Shown: positions 1 to 8,873 of the stretch, in pieces
Layout of the letters: each line of letters opens with the position of its first letter
Position numbering within the stretch: the stretch's first letter is position 1
IMG/VR virus record: IMGVR_UViG_3300048558_000060
Span: 1 to 30,096 of that record
Length of the DNA: 30,096 nucleotides
Reading direction: 5' to 3' (one strand)
Source: a virus
Lineage: Duplodnaviria; Caudoviricetes
Made by a program: the position numbers and the translations under genes
The notes under the pieces: model-generated
The model's input: the letters and a program-made list of their open reading frames with translations, nothing else
What the model was told of the DNA's origin: nothing
Databases searched by the model: none

Positions 1-97
1 GCAGCCGCTCGGCCAGGTGCTCTTCTCGCGATTTCACCATCCGGTCCAGCCGGTCCTTGTCACAATCCACGTCGGCGTGCGTTACGTCACCGGCCAT
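1..97 (-). CDS. 5' part of a hypothetical late gene, truncated by the window edge
   Basis: ATG at 97, just after the upstream stop; open to the edge (MAGDVTHADVDCDKDRLDRMVKSREEHLAERL...). Confidence 0.55.
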   Translation of the reverse strand, partial: MAGDVTHADVDCDKDRLDRMVKSREEHLAERL

Positions 98-101
98 AAA
101 A

Positions 102-494
102 TCACCCCCGGCCGCGGCCGTGCGATTTCGTGTGCTTTTCGACCGTCGTCGTGCGGATCAGTTCCATGACGATCTCATCGGCGGTCCGCGAGGTCTCGTC
201 GGCGACGGACCATTTTTCGCCGTCGATTTCAAAATAATCGGTCAGTTGCGGATTGGCCACGCCGCCGTGCTCTCCGGCGGGGTCTCGGCTGAATTGGATC
301 CAGCGCCAACGCTCGCGCTCGAACCCGTCGCGTGTCGGCCGCGTGCGGATCTGCGCCGGGCCGACAATCGCCGTGAGTTCCGTCTCAGTGCCGTCGCCGT
401 CGATATGAACGACCGTATCGCCGGCACTCTCAAGGAGCGTCGGCATTCCCTCGTCGGCAAAGGTGTCGTCGAGCTCGGACATCAGCGGCGGCAT
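102..494 (-). CDS. Putative head-closure / head-tail joining protein (gpFII-like position)
   Basis: 130 aa acidic beta-rich protein after the capsid and decoration genes; ...DYFEIDGEKWSV... pattern. Confidence 0.6.
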   Translation of the reverse strand: MPPLMSELDDTFADEGMPTLLESAGDTVVHIDGDGTETELTAIVGPAQIRTRPTRDGFERERWRWIQFSRDPAGEHGGVANPQLTDYFEIDGEKWSVADETSRTADEIVMELIRTTTVEKHTKSHGRGRG

Positions 495-511
495 GAAAGG
501 TTGTCGAAATA

Positions 512-540
512 CCCCGGGCCCGCCGGAAACGGGCCCGGGG
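512..540 (-). terminator. GC-rich hairpin after the capsid/decoration genes, probable intrinsic terminator
   Basis: CCCCGGGCCCG-N7-CGGGCCCGGGG, followed by TATTT on the minus strand. Confidence 0.55.
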
Positions 541-557
541 CGCTACGCGAGAAAACT

Positions 558-1493
558 TCACACGTCCATCGTCCGCACGCGAAGCATCTCGATGCGCACG
601 ATGCCCGTGTCGGTCGAAGACGTTTTTTCCATGTGGACGAGGGCTTTCAACGGCCCGGTGGCCGCGTCGAGCTTGAAGACCGTCGCCGGCAGCACGTTCA
701 CGCCGTTGATGTAGAGCTGGATGTCCGTCAAATCGCGGGCATCGATCCAGCCCTCGAACATCGTCGCCGCGGCAAAATCGACGGTCGTATCCGTCGCCGC
801 GACTTCGGTCGTGCCGTCGTCGCTTTCGGCGAGGATGTTCAGCGACGCGCCGTCGATGTGGAAGAACACGCTCTCGGCGATCGAATCGGCGTCCGACGCA
901 TGGGTTGCGCTGGCCAGGCCGATATTGATATCGGTCGCAGCCGCCGCCGCGGTGACCGCGGCGCGAAACTCCATGATGCACGGGCGCGTCACGGGGACCG
1001 CCAAGACGGACAGTAAATCCGTCTTTTCGGCCTCGTTGCTGGACGCCAGCGTCAGGTTCACCAGACCGGCGGCCTGCGGCGTGTAGGTCGCGCTGTTGAC
1101 CAGCACGTTGTCGAACGTGCTCGTTCGCAGGTCGATGAACGCCGGTGGATCGACGTTCAGTTGCACGAGCACCGTCGTCGCGGCGGCAAGTGAATCGGCG
1201 ACGGCGCGGCCGACGTAGAAGTCGCCGTCGGCGGCCTTGAACGTCGCTTTTCCGGCGGACGTGTCCCAATAGACCTTACCGCCGGCGAGGATGTTGATGC
1301 TCGCCGTCTTTTGCAGTTCGACCTGGCCTTCGACTTGCGCGGCGGCCTGGTCACCTTCCGCGACGCCGCGTAGGTTGGCAATCCAACCGGCGCGGCCATC
1401 GGGCATTTGGAGGACTTCGCCGCTGGCCAAGTCGTCCCCGGCGACGAAGCGGACTTCGTCGGCGTCGAGATAGAGAGTTGCTTCTGCGGTCAC
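558..1493 (-). CDS. DUF2190-like capsid cement/decoration protein with a ~190 aa C-terminal extension
   Basis: N-terminal AGDDLASGEV...G.AA..VEG.VEL.K...GGKVYWD...VGRAV...VLVQLN pattern; directly follows the major capsid gene. Confidence 0.75.
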   Translation of the reverse strand: MTAEATLYLDADEVRFVAGDDLASGEVLQMPDGRAGWIANLRGVAEGDQAAAQVEGQVELQKTASINILAGGKVYWDTSAGKATFKAADGDFYVGRAVADSLAAATTVLVQLNVDPPAFIDLRTSTFDNVLVNSATYTPQAAGLVNLTLASSNEAEKTDLLSVLAVPVTRPCIMEFRAAVTAAAAATDINIGLASATHASDADSIAESVFFHIDGASLNILAESDDGTTEVAATDTTVDFAAATMFEGWIDARDLTDIQLYINGVNVLPATVFKLDAATGPLKALVHMEKTSSTDTGIVRIEMLRVRTMDV

Positions 1494-1574
1494 GGAAATT
1501 TCTCCTTAACAGGATTTTTGGATTGGTTCGAAACGCAATATCTGCCCCGTTCGTGGTTTTCCGGGTTCGCGGGA

Positions 1575-3776
1575 TCAGGACGCGCCGGTGGCCATGTAGA
1601 GGCCGGCGTAATCCATCATCGCGGCTCCGATGTCCATGTTGATGTCGCAGCCCCAACCCCACTGGCCGCGGTCGAGGACGTAGGTCCGGATCTGCGGCCC
1701 GCGGTTGGTGCCGGCGCGGTAGCCGACCTTGATCGTCCGGCCGGATGCCGCGTCAGCAGCGAGAAACCAGTTTGTGGCGGTGCCGACATGGGCCTCGCCC
1801 GTGGCCGGGTCCGTGACGCCATTGACGCCGAGGCGATCGTCGGAGCGGAGTTCGAGCTTTCCTTTCAGCGGGTTGAACGTCCCTCCGCTGGCGGAGGCTA
1901 TCACACGCTCGGCGGAATTCAGCAGAATTGAGGCATCGAAGTCAAGGTCAGCCGGGACAAGCAAGAACCGCGGCTTGATTTTCAAACCGACGCCGTTTCG
2001 CTTTTGCTTCCGCATCGCGGTCATGCCGGCTTGCAAGGTGGATGCCGCAAAAGCCGTCCCAGTCGTGCCATAGTTCGCGTGACCGGCGGCGATAAAGACC
2101 ACCGCACCGTCGCGCGCGAGCGTGGGATTCGACAGCAGCAAGGCATAGACCAGGTCGGGTCGCAGCCGGCGGGCAGAACGTCCCATCTCCATCGGCATCG
2201 TGGTCAGCTTCCCGAAGTTGTCGTCGATGCGATCCATGTCGTCGATCGTAAACTTCTTGGAATAGCGGGCGAGTTTCCATGACTCCTTGGTATCCGAGAC
2301 CGTCGCATCGGTGGCGGTTCCTCCGCGGGGATGCCGCGTCAAGGCCGAGTTGGTCATGAAGTCGATTTCCTCATTCGTCCGGAAATCGGGCTTGTCTTCC
2401 ACCGCGACCCATCCCTCGGTCGTGTCTTCGATCTCTTCCCAGCCGGCCATCACGCTCGCGTGGCTGGAGGTCGTGAAAAGGTTTGCCAGCGTTCCCCCGC
2501 TCATGGCGCGTTCGAAACATTCGTCCGGCAGCACCGGTACCTCGTTACCGTCGAGGCGGATCGCCTCGCGGCAAAGGTCGGTGAAGCTCAACGCGCGGAG
2601 ACGGTCCGAGTCTTGGGCACGATCTTCCCAGTTTTCTCGGATTCCGCAGCGTTTTGCGGCCTCCGGAAGCTGACCATCCGCGATCATCCCGCGTTGGACG
2701 ATCGACAGGGCCAGTGTCTCGCGGGTTACGAGCTGCGCGCGACTGCGGACGTGGCCGGCCGGGGCGCGGGTCGGCTCGGGCGTTCCGCCGTCCGACGTCG
2801 GGACGTTGCGGGAGGCGCGAACCGCCTGGAGAAACTCGCTGTTGACGCGGGCCAGGTCCCAACCCTCGTCGATCGCTCGATTGACGAGCGTCGTCGAGAC
2901 GTCGTTTCCGGCGGCCTGGCGGATCGCGACGATCCGCTGCCGTTCGGCGGTGACGGCGGCCGTCGCATCGACGGGCGGGACCGCGGGCGGGGTCGCTTCG
3001 CTGCGCTGGACGGGCGCCGGGGGAGCCGGCGGAGTCGCGGGAGGCGCTGCCGGGGTGGCCAAGGCGTCGGCGATCTCGCGCTGTTGCGGGTTGATCGTCG
3101 CGAGGTAATCGTTGGCTTCCTGGTCGGTCGCTTCGGCGCGCATCCCCAGGCTCACCAAATAGGCACGCAATTGCTTATTCACGGATTTTTCTCCTTTGGG
3201 AACAAGCGGTTGAGATCCCCATTCTCGGGTTTTGGCGCTGGGGTCCGCGCCGATCGGCACAAGCGAACCCTCTTTGGGCGTCCAGTCGGTGGAGACCCGG
3301 AGGGTTCGTGTTTTCGCGGTGAATTGGCGGCCGTTGACGTTTTTCGTCTGCCCGGCCGGGATATCGACGAAGTTTTCGACCTGGTAACCGACCGACACGT
3401 CGGTCAGATGGCCCTGCCGGACCTTGTTCCACGCGGAATCGGCGGTCGGATCGTCCTTCACGAAGAAGATCCGGCCGATGATTTGGTCGCCTTCGAGGCG
3501 GATATTGCGCCAGGAACCGAGGACCGAGTCGAGACTCCAGCGGTCGTGAACCGCCAAAAACGGCAGTTGCGAGGGGAGTTTCGCGCCGCGGACGATCAAA
3601 ACCTCCTCGATGACGTCCCACGAACGCATGTCGAAGACCATCGCCGGCGTTTCCGTGGCGAGCACGGCCTCGATCGAGCGTTCTTCCTCGTTGATCGTCG
3701 CCGAGCGGACCTGAATCGTCCGCGCGACGATGTCGCGGCGTTGCGGATCTTCGCGAAGGGTCAATATTTCGGTCAT
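1575..3776 (-). CDS. Prohead protease-scaffold-major capsid fusion protein
   Basis: HK97-type protease motifs (LAVHD, DVSVGY, EGSLVPIGADPSA), Pro/Ala linker, Mu gpT-like capsid motifs (DNFGKL, PRFLLVPADL, DYAGLY). Confidence 0.9.
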   Translation of the reverse strand: MTEILTLREDPQRRDIVARTIQVRSATINEEERSIEAVLATETPAMVFDMRSWDVIEEVLIVRGAKLPSQLPFLAVHDRWSLDSVLGSWRNIRLEGDQIIGRIFFVKDDPTADSAWNKVRQGHLTDVSVGYQVENFVDIPAGQTKNVNGRQFTAKTRTLRVSTDWTPKEGSLVPIGADPSAKTREWGSQPLVPKGEKSVNKQLRAYLVSLGMRAEATDQEANDYLATINPQQREIADALATPAAPPATPPAPPAPVQRSEATPPAVPPVDATAAVTAERQRIVAIRQAAGNDVSTTLVNRAIDEGWDLARVNSEFLQAVRASRNVPTSDGGTPEPTRAPAGHVRSRAQLVTRETLALSIVQRGMIADGQLPEAAKRCGIRENWEDRAQDSDRLRALSFTDLCREAIRLDGNEVPVLPDECFERAMSGGTLANLFTTSSHASVMAGWEEIEDTTEGWVAVEDKPDFRTNEEIDFMTNSALTRHPRGGTATDATVSDTKESWKLARYSKKFTIDDMDRIDDNFGKLTTMPMEMGRSARRLRPDLVYALLLSNPTLARDGAVVFIAAGHANYGTTGTAFAASTLQAGMTAMRKQKRNGVGLKIKPRFLLVPADLDFDASILLNSAERVIASASGGTFNPLKGKLELRSDDRLGVNGVTDPATGEAHVGTATNWFLAADAASGRTIKVGYRAGTNRGPQIRTYVLDRGQWGWGCDINMDIGAAMMDYAGLYMATGAS

Positions 3777-5314
3777 TTGTGGGCCTTGGCGAGTTGTTCG
3801 GGGGTTTTTCCGCCGGGCGGCGCCGCGCCGGCCTTGTCTTCCGCGTTTTCGTCGTCGGCCGCGTAGGGATCAGAAATCACGATGGAGCTCTGTGCGACCG
3901 GGACCGGGGGAAGATTGGCCTCGGCAAGCCGCTCGTTGTCGATGCGGCGCTGTTCGATCACGTCATCCACGTCCAGACCATGAGAAGCGACGGCATCGGA
4001 GTAGGTCAACGTGCCATTCTCCATGTAAACGCGTTCCGCGTTCGCCTCTTTCAACGGGTCAACGTGCTGCGGATTTTGCCAAATCCACACGAAACTTACC
4101 TCGTCCGGACGCGCAGGCATCGTGGAATCGAAGCGGAGCTCCTTTTCGATCTCTTCGAGGCATTCCTCAAGGAAATCGTCGGAGAGTCCCTGTCGAATCA
4201 CCTTTAAGGAATCGAGGTAAGTTTGTCCGTCGTACCGCGCGGACGCCATGTTGTGTTCTGAGGCGTCGAGGCGAACGCGGATGAGCGGCATGGAGCGCGG
4301 GCGGCCGACCTCCCGCTGCCGTTCTTTAAGATATGGAAAATATTCGCTCGCAGGCTGCGTCGGCGTGCCAAACATGGGTTTCCAACCGGGCGGGCACGAG
4401 CGGGCGATGCCCGGCTCGATCGACGTGACCTCGTTGACTTCGAAATAGGTCGCCTCAGGGTGCTCGGTGTAGAAGAAGAGAGCCTGGGCCGCGTGATTCT
4501 TCGCGGCCTCGAGGACGTGCGTCTCATAGTCGGCGCCGCTGGCCATCTTGCCGAGCGCCGAACCGATCCAGGGCACGCCACGGGTTTGCTCTTCCTCGTC
4601 CTGTTCGAAGACGTGGAGGATCAGATCCGCCGGGTAGCGCGTGTAGCTGACCGAGAACGATCCATAGACGCCGTTCGGCGCGCGATCCGCGATGAAATAG
4701 GACTGCGGCACGAAGTCGCGATCGACGCGCACGCCGTTGATCACGTTCGGATCGCCGGCGGTGTCGGCCGGCGTGCCGAGACGGCGCGGGTCAATGGGGT
4801 TCAGCCTGAACTGGACCGGTCCGACGGCGTGTCGGTCGGTGCGTTTTTCACAAAGCGTCTCGCCCTTGAGCCAGAAATTGCGAATCACCCGGCGCAGAAG
4901 GGCGGGACCCGAGAGCTTCCGATTGAGCGCGGGGCGGCGAAACCACGCTTTCCACGCCTTTTCGAGCCGTCTGTTGTACTCTTTGTCGGAAGAGAGGACC
5001 CGTAGCCGAGGGCCGGAGGGTCCGACGATGTCGCAGGAGTGCGTGAAGATCACGCCTTCCAAGGTCGGATTGTTGGATACCTCGTCGCACGAACGGTTGC
5101 GGACGGTCTCGACCTTGTCCTGGATCTCCTCGTTGATCCCCTGGCCGCGAGCGTTGCGCCAATGGGACCGGTTGAGACGGTTGGTGCCGGCGGCGGCCTC
5201 CCAGCGGCGCGTCTTCATGTTCCAGACTTTCGGCACGTCTGGCACGATCCGCGCGGACTCCGTCGGTCCGGGAACATTCGCGGTGCAGACGTAGCTGAAA
5301 ACGCCGTCGCTCAT
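3773..5314 (-). CDS. Phage portal protein, lambda family
   Basis: Motifs IVGPSGPRL, NGVRVD, ILHVFE...QTRGVPW, NMASAR, HVDPLKEANA; start placed at ATG 5314, overlapping the upstream TGA (ATGA). Confidence 0.92.
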   Translation of the reverse strand: MSDGVFSYVCTANVPGPTESARIVPDVPKVWNMKTRRWEAAAGTNRLNRSHWRNARGQGINEEIQDKVETVRNRSCDEVSNNPTLEGVIFTHSCDIVGPSGPRLRVLSSDKEYNRRLEKAWKAWFRRPALNRKLSGPALLRRVIRNFWLKGETLCEKRTDRHAVGPVQFRLNPIDPRRLGTPADTAGDPNVINGVRVDRDFVPQSYFIADRAPNGVYGSFSVSYTRYPADLILHVFEQDEEEQTRGVPWIGSALGKMASGADYETHVLEAAKNHAAQALFFYTEHPEATYFEVNEVTSIEPGIARSCPPGWKPMFGTPTQPASEYFPYLKERQREVGRPRSMPLIRVRLDASEHNMASARYDGQTYLDSLKVIRQGLSDDFLEECLEEIEKELRFDSTMPARPDEVSFVWIWQNPQHVDPLKEANAERVYMENGTLTYSDAVASHGLDVDDVIEQRRIDNERLAEANLPPVPVAQSSIVISDPYAADDENAEDKAGAAPPGGKTPEQLAKAHK

Positions 5315-5592
5315 TCGCATTCCGCCGCTTCGTAACGGATTTTTGTGGTTTGAAAGCCGCCGGATCTTCCGCCACTGCTTGCGCTGGCGATCTGGACCTG
5401 CCGACGCATGTTGTCGATGAACTGCTGGAGCTCGTTCGCCGGCCACTCCATTTCGACCTCGGCCTTTTTCGCGCGGGAGAGGCTCCCCAGAGCTTGCGCC
5501 TGGAGCGCGTAACGCAAAGCCGATGAATAGTCGTCCGCACCAACCGCGTCGCAGGCAAGAGCACGCAGCGATTTACAAGTGACCGTCGCCAT
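5311..5592 (-). CDS. Putative gpW-like head completion protein
   Basis: 93 aa gene immediately upstream of and coupled to the portal; EVEMEW..ELQQFI..MRRQ resembles the gpW layout. Confidence 0.55.
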   Translation of the reverse strand: MATVTCKSLRALACDAVGADDYSSALRYALQAQALGSLSRAKKAEVEMEWPANELQQFIDNMRRQVQIASASSGGRSGGFQTTKIRYEAAECE

Positions 5593-5598
5593 GCGGCC

Positions 5599-5652
5599 AA
5601 CATACGCCGAGAAGTTGGAATCGCAGGGGGCCGAAGTTACAGAATCTGTAAC
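5599..5652 (-). promoter_or_regulatory. Candidate activator-dependent late promoter for the head genes
   Basis: -10-like TATGTT (5604-5599) 6 nt before the ATG, no good -35, perfect palindrome GTTACAGA-A-TCTGTAAC at 5636-5652. Confidence 0.5.
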
Positions 5653-5760
5653 CAAGTCGAAAAAACTTCGCGCGTCGGCCAGAAATCTCCGAAACCGGCG
5701 GCGACCTCAAAAACACCCGCCGAGCGGTCCGCCGGCTGTGTTCACTTACTTACTCAGCCC

Positions 5761-5836
5761 GAAAAAAAAATACGTGTAAATAAACCGCACAATACACCGT
5801 GCTTCGCACCCCGCCAGGCCCAACCAGGGAGTACCT
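5761..5836 (-). other. Candidate DNA packaging (cos-like) site
   Basis: Minus strand reads AGGTACTCCC, then a GC-rich stretch, then TTTATTTACACGTATTTTTTTTT; same order as lambda cosQ-cosN-AT-rich spacer (inference). Confidence 0.35.
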
Positions 5837-6218
5837 TTAACCTCGCATTCTGCCTTCCTTTCCTACATTTCCATCCAATAGCAAGCGGAAAGACAGCGGA
5901 AACCGGGAGAAAACCGCGCACAATCCCCCGTTGATTGTCGCTTTGCGGCGGGTTTTCTGCCTATTTGCACGCGGTTTTCGCAACGGCCTCGCGATCCGCT
6001 GACGCCGTCCAGCAGACTGGCCGCGGCGATCATCGAAGCGAACCCATGGCACGCGCGGCAGAAGTTTAAGGAACTATCGCCGCGTGAATTCAAGGAACAA
6101 AGGCAGCACGCCAACCCAAAAAGAATTTCCAAGATTTTTTTGGCTCCTAATCCATTGTGCCATAAGCCCTTGCGCATCGCCGCCTCTTTGTGTGTATATC
6201 ATTGCATACGTTTTCTAC

Positions 6219-6246
6219 TTGACAGCATGTTACACGCCGATATACT
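6219..6246 (+). promoter_or_regulatory. Near-consensus sigma70 promoter for the plus-strand operon
   Basis: TTGACA (6219-6224), 16-nt spacer, TATACT (6241-6246), 43 nt before ATG 6290. Confidence 0.8.
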
Positions 6247-6289
6247 TATGGCAGATTTGCGAAAACCCTTTATCCGATTGGAGCCTACC

Positions 6290-6940
6290 ATGCAGCTTTG
6301 CGAAAAGTACACCCCGAAGAATTACGCGGAATACGTTGGCCAGCCGGCCGCCCTGCGGGCGCTCGACACACTACGCAGCCGCGGCGGATTAACCGGCCGC
6401 GCCTTCTTTATCAGCGGGAAAAGCGGCACGGGCAAAACGACGCTTGCCCACCTGATGGCCGCCGAGGTCGCAGATTCTGATTACATTATGGAAATCGACG
6501 CGGAGACCTTGACCCCCGCCCAAGTGCAGGAATGGGAGCGAATTTCCCACCTTCGCGGCTGCGGCAAGGGCGGCCAGGTCTTCATCGTCAACGAAGTCCA
6601 CGGTCTCAAGCCGGCGGTGATTCGTCAACTTCTCGTGACGATCGACACGGGAAACATTCCGCCGCACGTCCTCTGGATTTTCACGACGACCCAAGAAGGA
6701 AAGGTCAATCTATTCGGGGACAAAGAAGATTCATCCCCGCTGCTTTCCCGCTGCCAGGAAATCGAGCTGGCGACGCAGGGCCTGGCGAAAACCTTCGCGG
6801 CCCGAGCGCTCGAAATCGCCCGCGCCGAGGGGCTGGACGGCCAGCCGTTGGAAAAATACGTCCGCCTGGTCAACGACTGCAAGGCCAATTTCCGCATGGT
6901 CCTGCAAAAGATCGAAGCCGGCTTCATGGTCAAGGAATAG
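6290..6940 (+). CDS. Clamp-loader clade (DnaX/RFC/RarA-like) AAA+ ATPase, 216 aa, no C-terminal collar domain
   Basis: EKYTPKNYAEYVGQ box, Walker A GKSGTGKTT, Walker B variant VFIVNE, LLSRC motif, sensor-2-like NFR; GGAG before ATG 6290. Confidence 0.85.
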   Translation: MQLCEKYTPKNYAEYVGQPAALRALDTLRSRGGLTGRAFFISGKSGTGKTTLAHLMAAEVADSDYIMEIDAETLTPAQVQEWERISHLRGCGKGGQVFIVNEVHGLKPAVIRQLLVTIDTGNIPPHVLWIFTTTQEGKVNLFGDKEDSSPLLSRCQEIELATQGLAKTFAARALEIARAEGLDGQPLEKYVRLVNDCKANFRMVLQKIEAGFMVKE

Positions 6941-7021
6941 GAAAAACCCTCCGCGCCGGAGACCGGCCGGCGCGACGATGTTTTCCCTACCCTTTCCCCT
7001 TTATTCGATTGGAGACCTACC

Positions 7022-7378
7022 ATGCAACGAATTCTTGTGACGATCGACGGCGGCGTGATTCAGGACATCGGAGCGATTCCCGAGGGCGTCGAGGTCGCAG
7101 TTTACGATTACGACACCGGCGATGGAAAGCCGCGAATTAACATCTGGTCGCACGATTCGGAAGACTTGATACTGGCGGTGCCGACGCTCCCGCCGCTGGA
7201 TTTGTCACTTAAAACCGGGGCGGAAAAGGCGGCGACCGACCTTTATTTGTCGGTAGCCGAACTCGCCCGCGAACTAGAAGGCACGCTCAACGGCGTGCCC
7301 TCCTCGGATGCGGAGCGCTGCGAGCTGCTCGGCCGTGCGGTCGCCGCGCTCGCCCGGGCGGAAGGAAAAACCCGCTAA
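7022..7378 (+). CDS. Hypothetical protein
   Basis: Repeat motif plus RBS before the ATG; N-terminal ILVTIDGGVIQDI...VEVAVYDYD. Confidence 0.75.
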   Translation: MQRILVTIDGGVIQDIGAIPEGVEVAVYDYDTGDGKPRINIWSHDSEDLILAVPTLPPLDLSLKTGAEKAATDLYLSVAELARELEGTLNGVPSSDAERCELLGRAVAALARAEGKTR

Positions 7379-7463
7379 GCCCGAACTTACGGGGCGTGCC
7401 AACACTCCCCAACGGCCCGCGCTTCGCGGAATTCAAAACCCCCTTTATTCGATTGGAGAAGAA

Positions 7464-8543
7464 ATGTCCGTTGCACAACTTACCCCACAAGAGTTCGGCT
7501 GTTTTGTGGCGATCTGCTTTCAACGCCTGAAGACCGGCCGCTCGCTGACCGCGCTTTGCGAGTTGGCCGAGCTGGCCAGCAGCGGCAACGCTGGCGCGTT
7601 CTCGGCCCAATACGGGGAGCCGGCCGAGGTCTGCACGGTTGCCGAAATTGAACGGGCCGCGATGGAATACCTCGCCGAAAAGCGCGACATGATCGCGGAC
7701 CATTTCGGGCCGCTGGCTTATAACATGATCGCCAATGACGGCGCCGCCTTCCTCGCCCCAGGCGTCGAAGTCGCCCAACAAGCGGACGCGATCGCTGATA
7801 TCTACGATCTGGAAAAGAAGGCCCGCGCCTGGCAGGACGGCGAACGGCGGGCCCTGAAGCGGGCCGAAGAAGACGCGGTCTCGTTCGATGACGTTGGCCA
7901 GCTCCCCACCTTGAGCAAAGCCGAGATCGAGGCGAAACGCCAGGCCGCGGGCGCGGATCGCGTGATTTTCGCCGAGTTTTGCGTCAACGAGTCCGACCTG
8001 ATGGCCGACTATTTCGGCGGAAGGACAAGCCGCGTTGTCGTGATCGGTTTTGGCAAGGGCAAACGGGAAAACTTCCGCCAGCTTCGCGCGGCGGCCGGAA
8101 AATTCCCGCCGACGGCCTTTATGGGGCCGGGGCTCGATGCCTGGACGGCTTCGCTGGTTTGGGACCATGATAAGGCGGACGACCCGCAGCGTGCATTTAT
8201 CGCGTTTGGGAAGGAATGGGACCCCAACCAGCCGCAGAACGGCTGCGGCGTCGTCTTTCACTATTACAGCCGCCATTATTGCGAGGGCGACACTGACAAG
8301 CCGCAGGACGGCGCGACGCTGGAGCGGTTCGGGTTCGGGTTCAACTCGAAAACGGACGCGGAAAACTGGATCGCGAAACACCCGCCGCTGGCCGGCACCG
8401 AGTGGCGGCTGTCCTGCGAGAGCTACGAAAACCGGGAAAATTATTCGATGGGCGGCGGCAATTACCTCGGCACAAGCCGTTATGGAGGCTGGAAGGTTCG
8501 CAGTTCCTCGCTTTGGCAGGATCGCTACGAATTTTGGAAGTAG
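7464..8543 (+). CDS. Hypothetical protein, 359 aa
   Basis: Repeat motif plus RBS before ATG 7464; conserved-looking blocks ESDLMADYFG and ENRENYSMGGGNYLG...YGGWKV. Confidence 0.8.
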   Translation: MSVAQLTPQEFGCFVAICFQRLKTGRSLTALCELAELASSGNAGAFSAQYGEPAEVCTVAEIERAAMEYLAEKRDMIADHFGPLAYNMIANDGAAFLAPGVEVAQQADAIADIYDLEKKARAWQDGERRALKRAEEDAVSFDDVGQLPTLSKAEIEAKRQAAGADRVIFAEFCVNESDLMADYFGGRTSRVVVIGFGKGKRENFRQLRAAAGKFPPTAFMGPGLDAWTASLVWDHDKADDPQRAFIAFGKEWDPNQPQNGCGVVFHYYSRHYCEGDTDKPQDGATLERFGFGFNSKTDAENWIAKHPPLAGTEWRLSCESYENRENYSMGGGNYLGTSRYGGWKVRSSSLWQDRYEFWK

Positions 8544-8678
8544 TCAGGCGCGAAATTTCCCCGCCGGCGTCTAAATTACGCCGGCGGGCGGCCTCGCCCG
8601 GTCCGAAATCCGGGCGCGGTTCCCGCCGCGTGGCGGGTGCCGCAGCGTGGAAACCCTTTTTATGCGATTGGAGAAACC

Positions 8679-8873
8679 ATGTCCGCTATTTTGACCGTCG
8701 AGGATTTAGGCCGAAAAGTTCTGGCTTGGCGTAAGGTATTGGAAATCGAATCGGCCAGCCGCAGCGCGGCCGCGCGGCTGATGATTAAATGGCAGACGAA
8801 CGACCGCTGGGAGGCCGTATGCCGCGAGGCCGAATCCCGCACGTTCTCGCAATTTGGAGGGCAACGCGCATGA
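8679..8873 (+). CDS. Small hypothetical protein
   Basis: Repeat motif plus RBS before ATG 8679; stop overlaps the next ATG. Confidence 0.65.
   Translation: MSAILTVEDLGRKVLAWRKVLEIESASRSAAARLMIKWQTNDRWEAVCREAESRTFSQFGGQRA

Larger units (their letters stand above)
6266..8673 (+). repeat. Four dispersed copies of a start-associated motif CCCTTT(TT)AT[C/T/G]CGATTGGAG
   Basis: Copies at 6266-6283, 6997-7014, 7441-7458 and 8654-8673, each 5-7 nt before an ATG. Confidence 0.9.

Noticed and set aside
57-5335. Long plus-strand ORFs (e.g. 57-1016, 2331-3866) opposite the head genes
   Set aside because: Antisense shadow ORFs typical of high-GC coding DNA; no motifs
5697-5708. GGCGGCGACCTC, matching 12 nt at the lambda left end
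   Set aside because: It is on the strand opposite the head genes, lacks flanking lambda cosQ/cosB similarity, and a GC-rich 12-mer can occur by chance in this DNA
6266-8673. Repeats as a CRISPR array or integron attC sites
   Set aside because: Spacing is gene-sized and irregular, there are no cas genes, and no GTTRRRY/RYYYAAC attC structure is present
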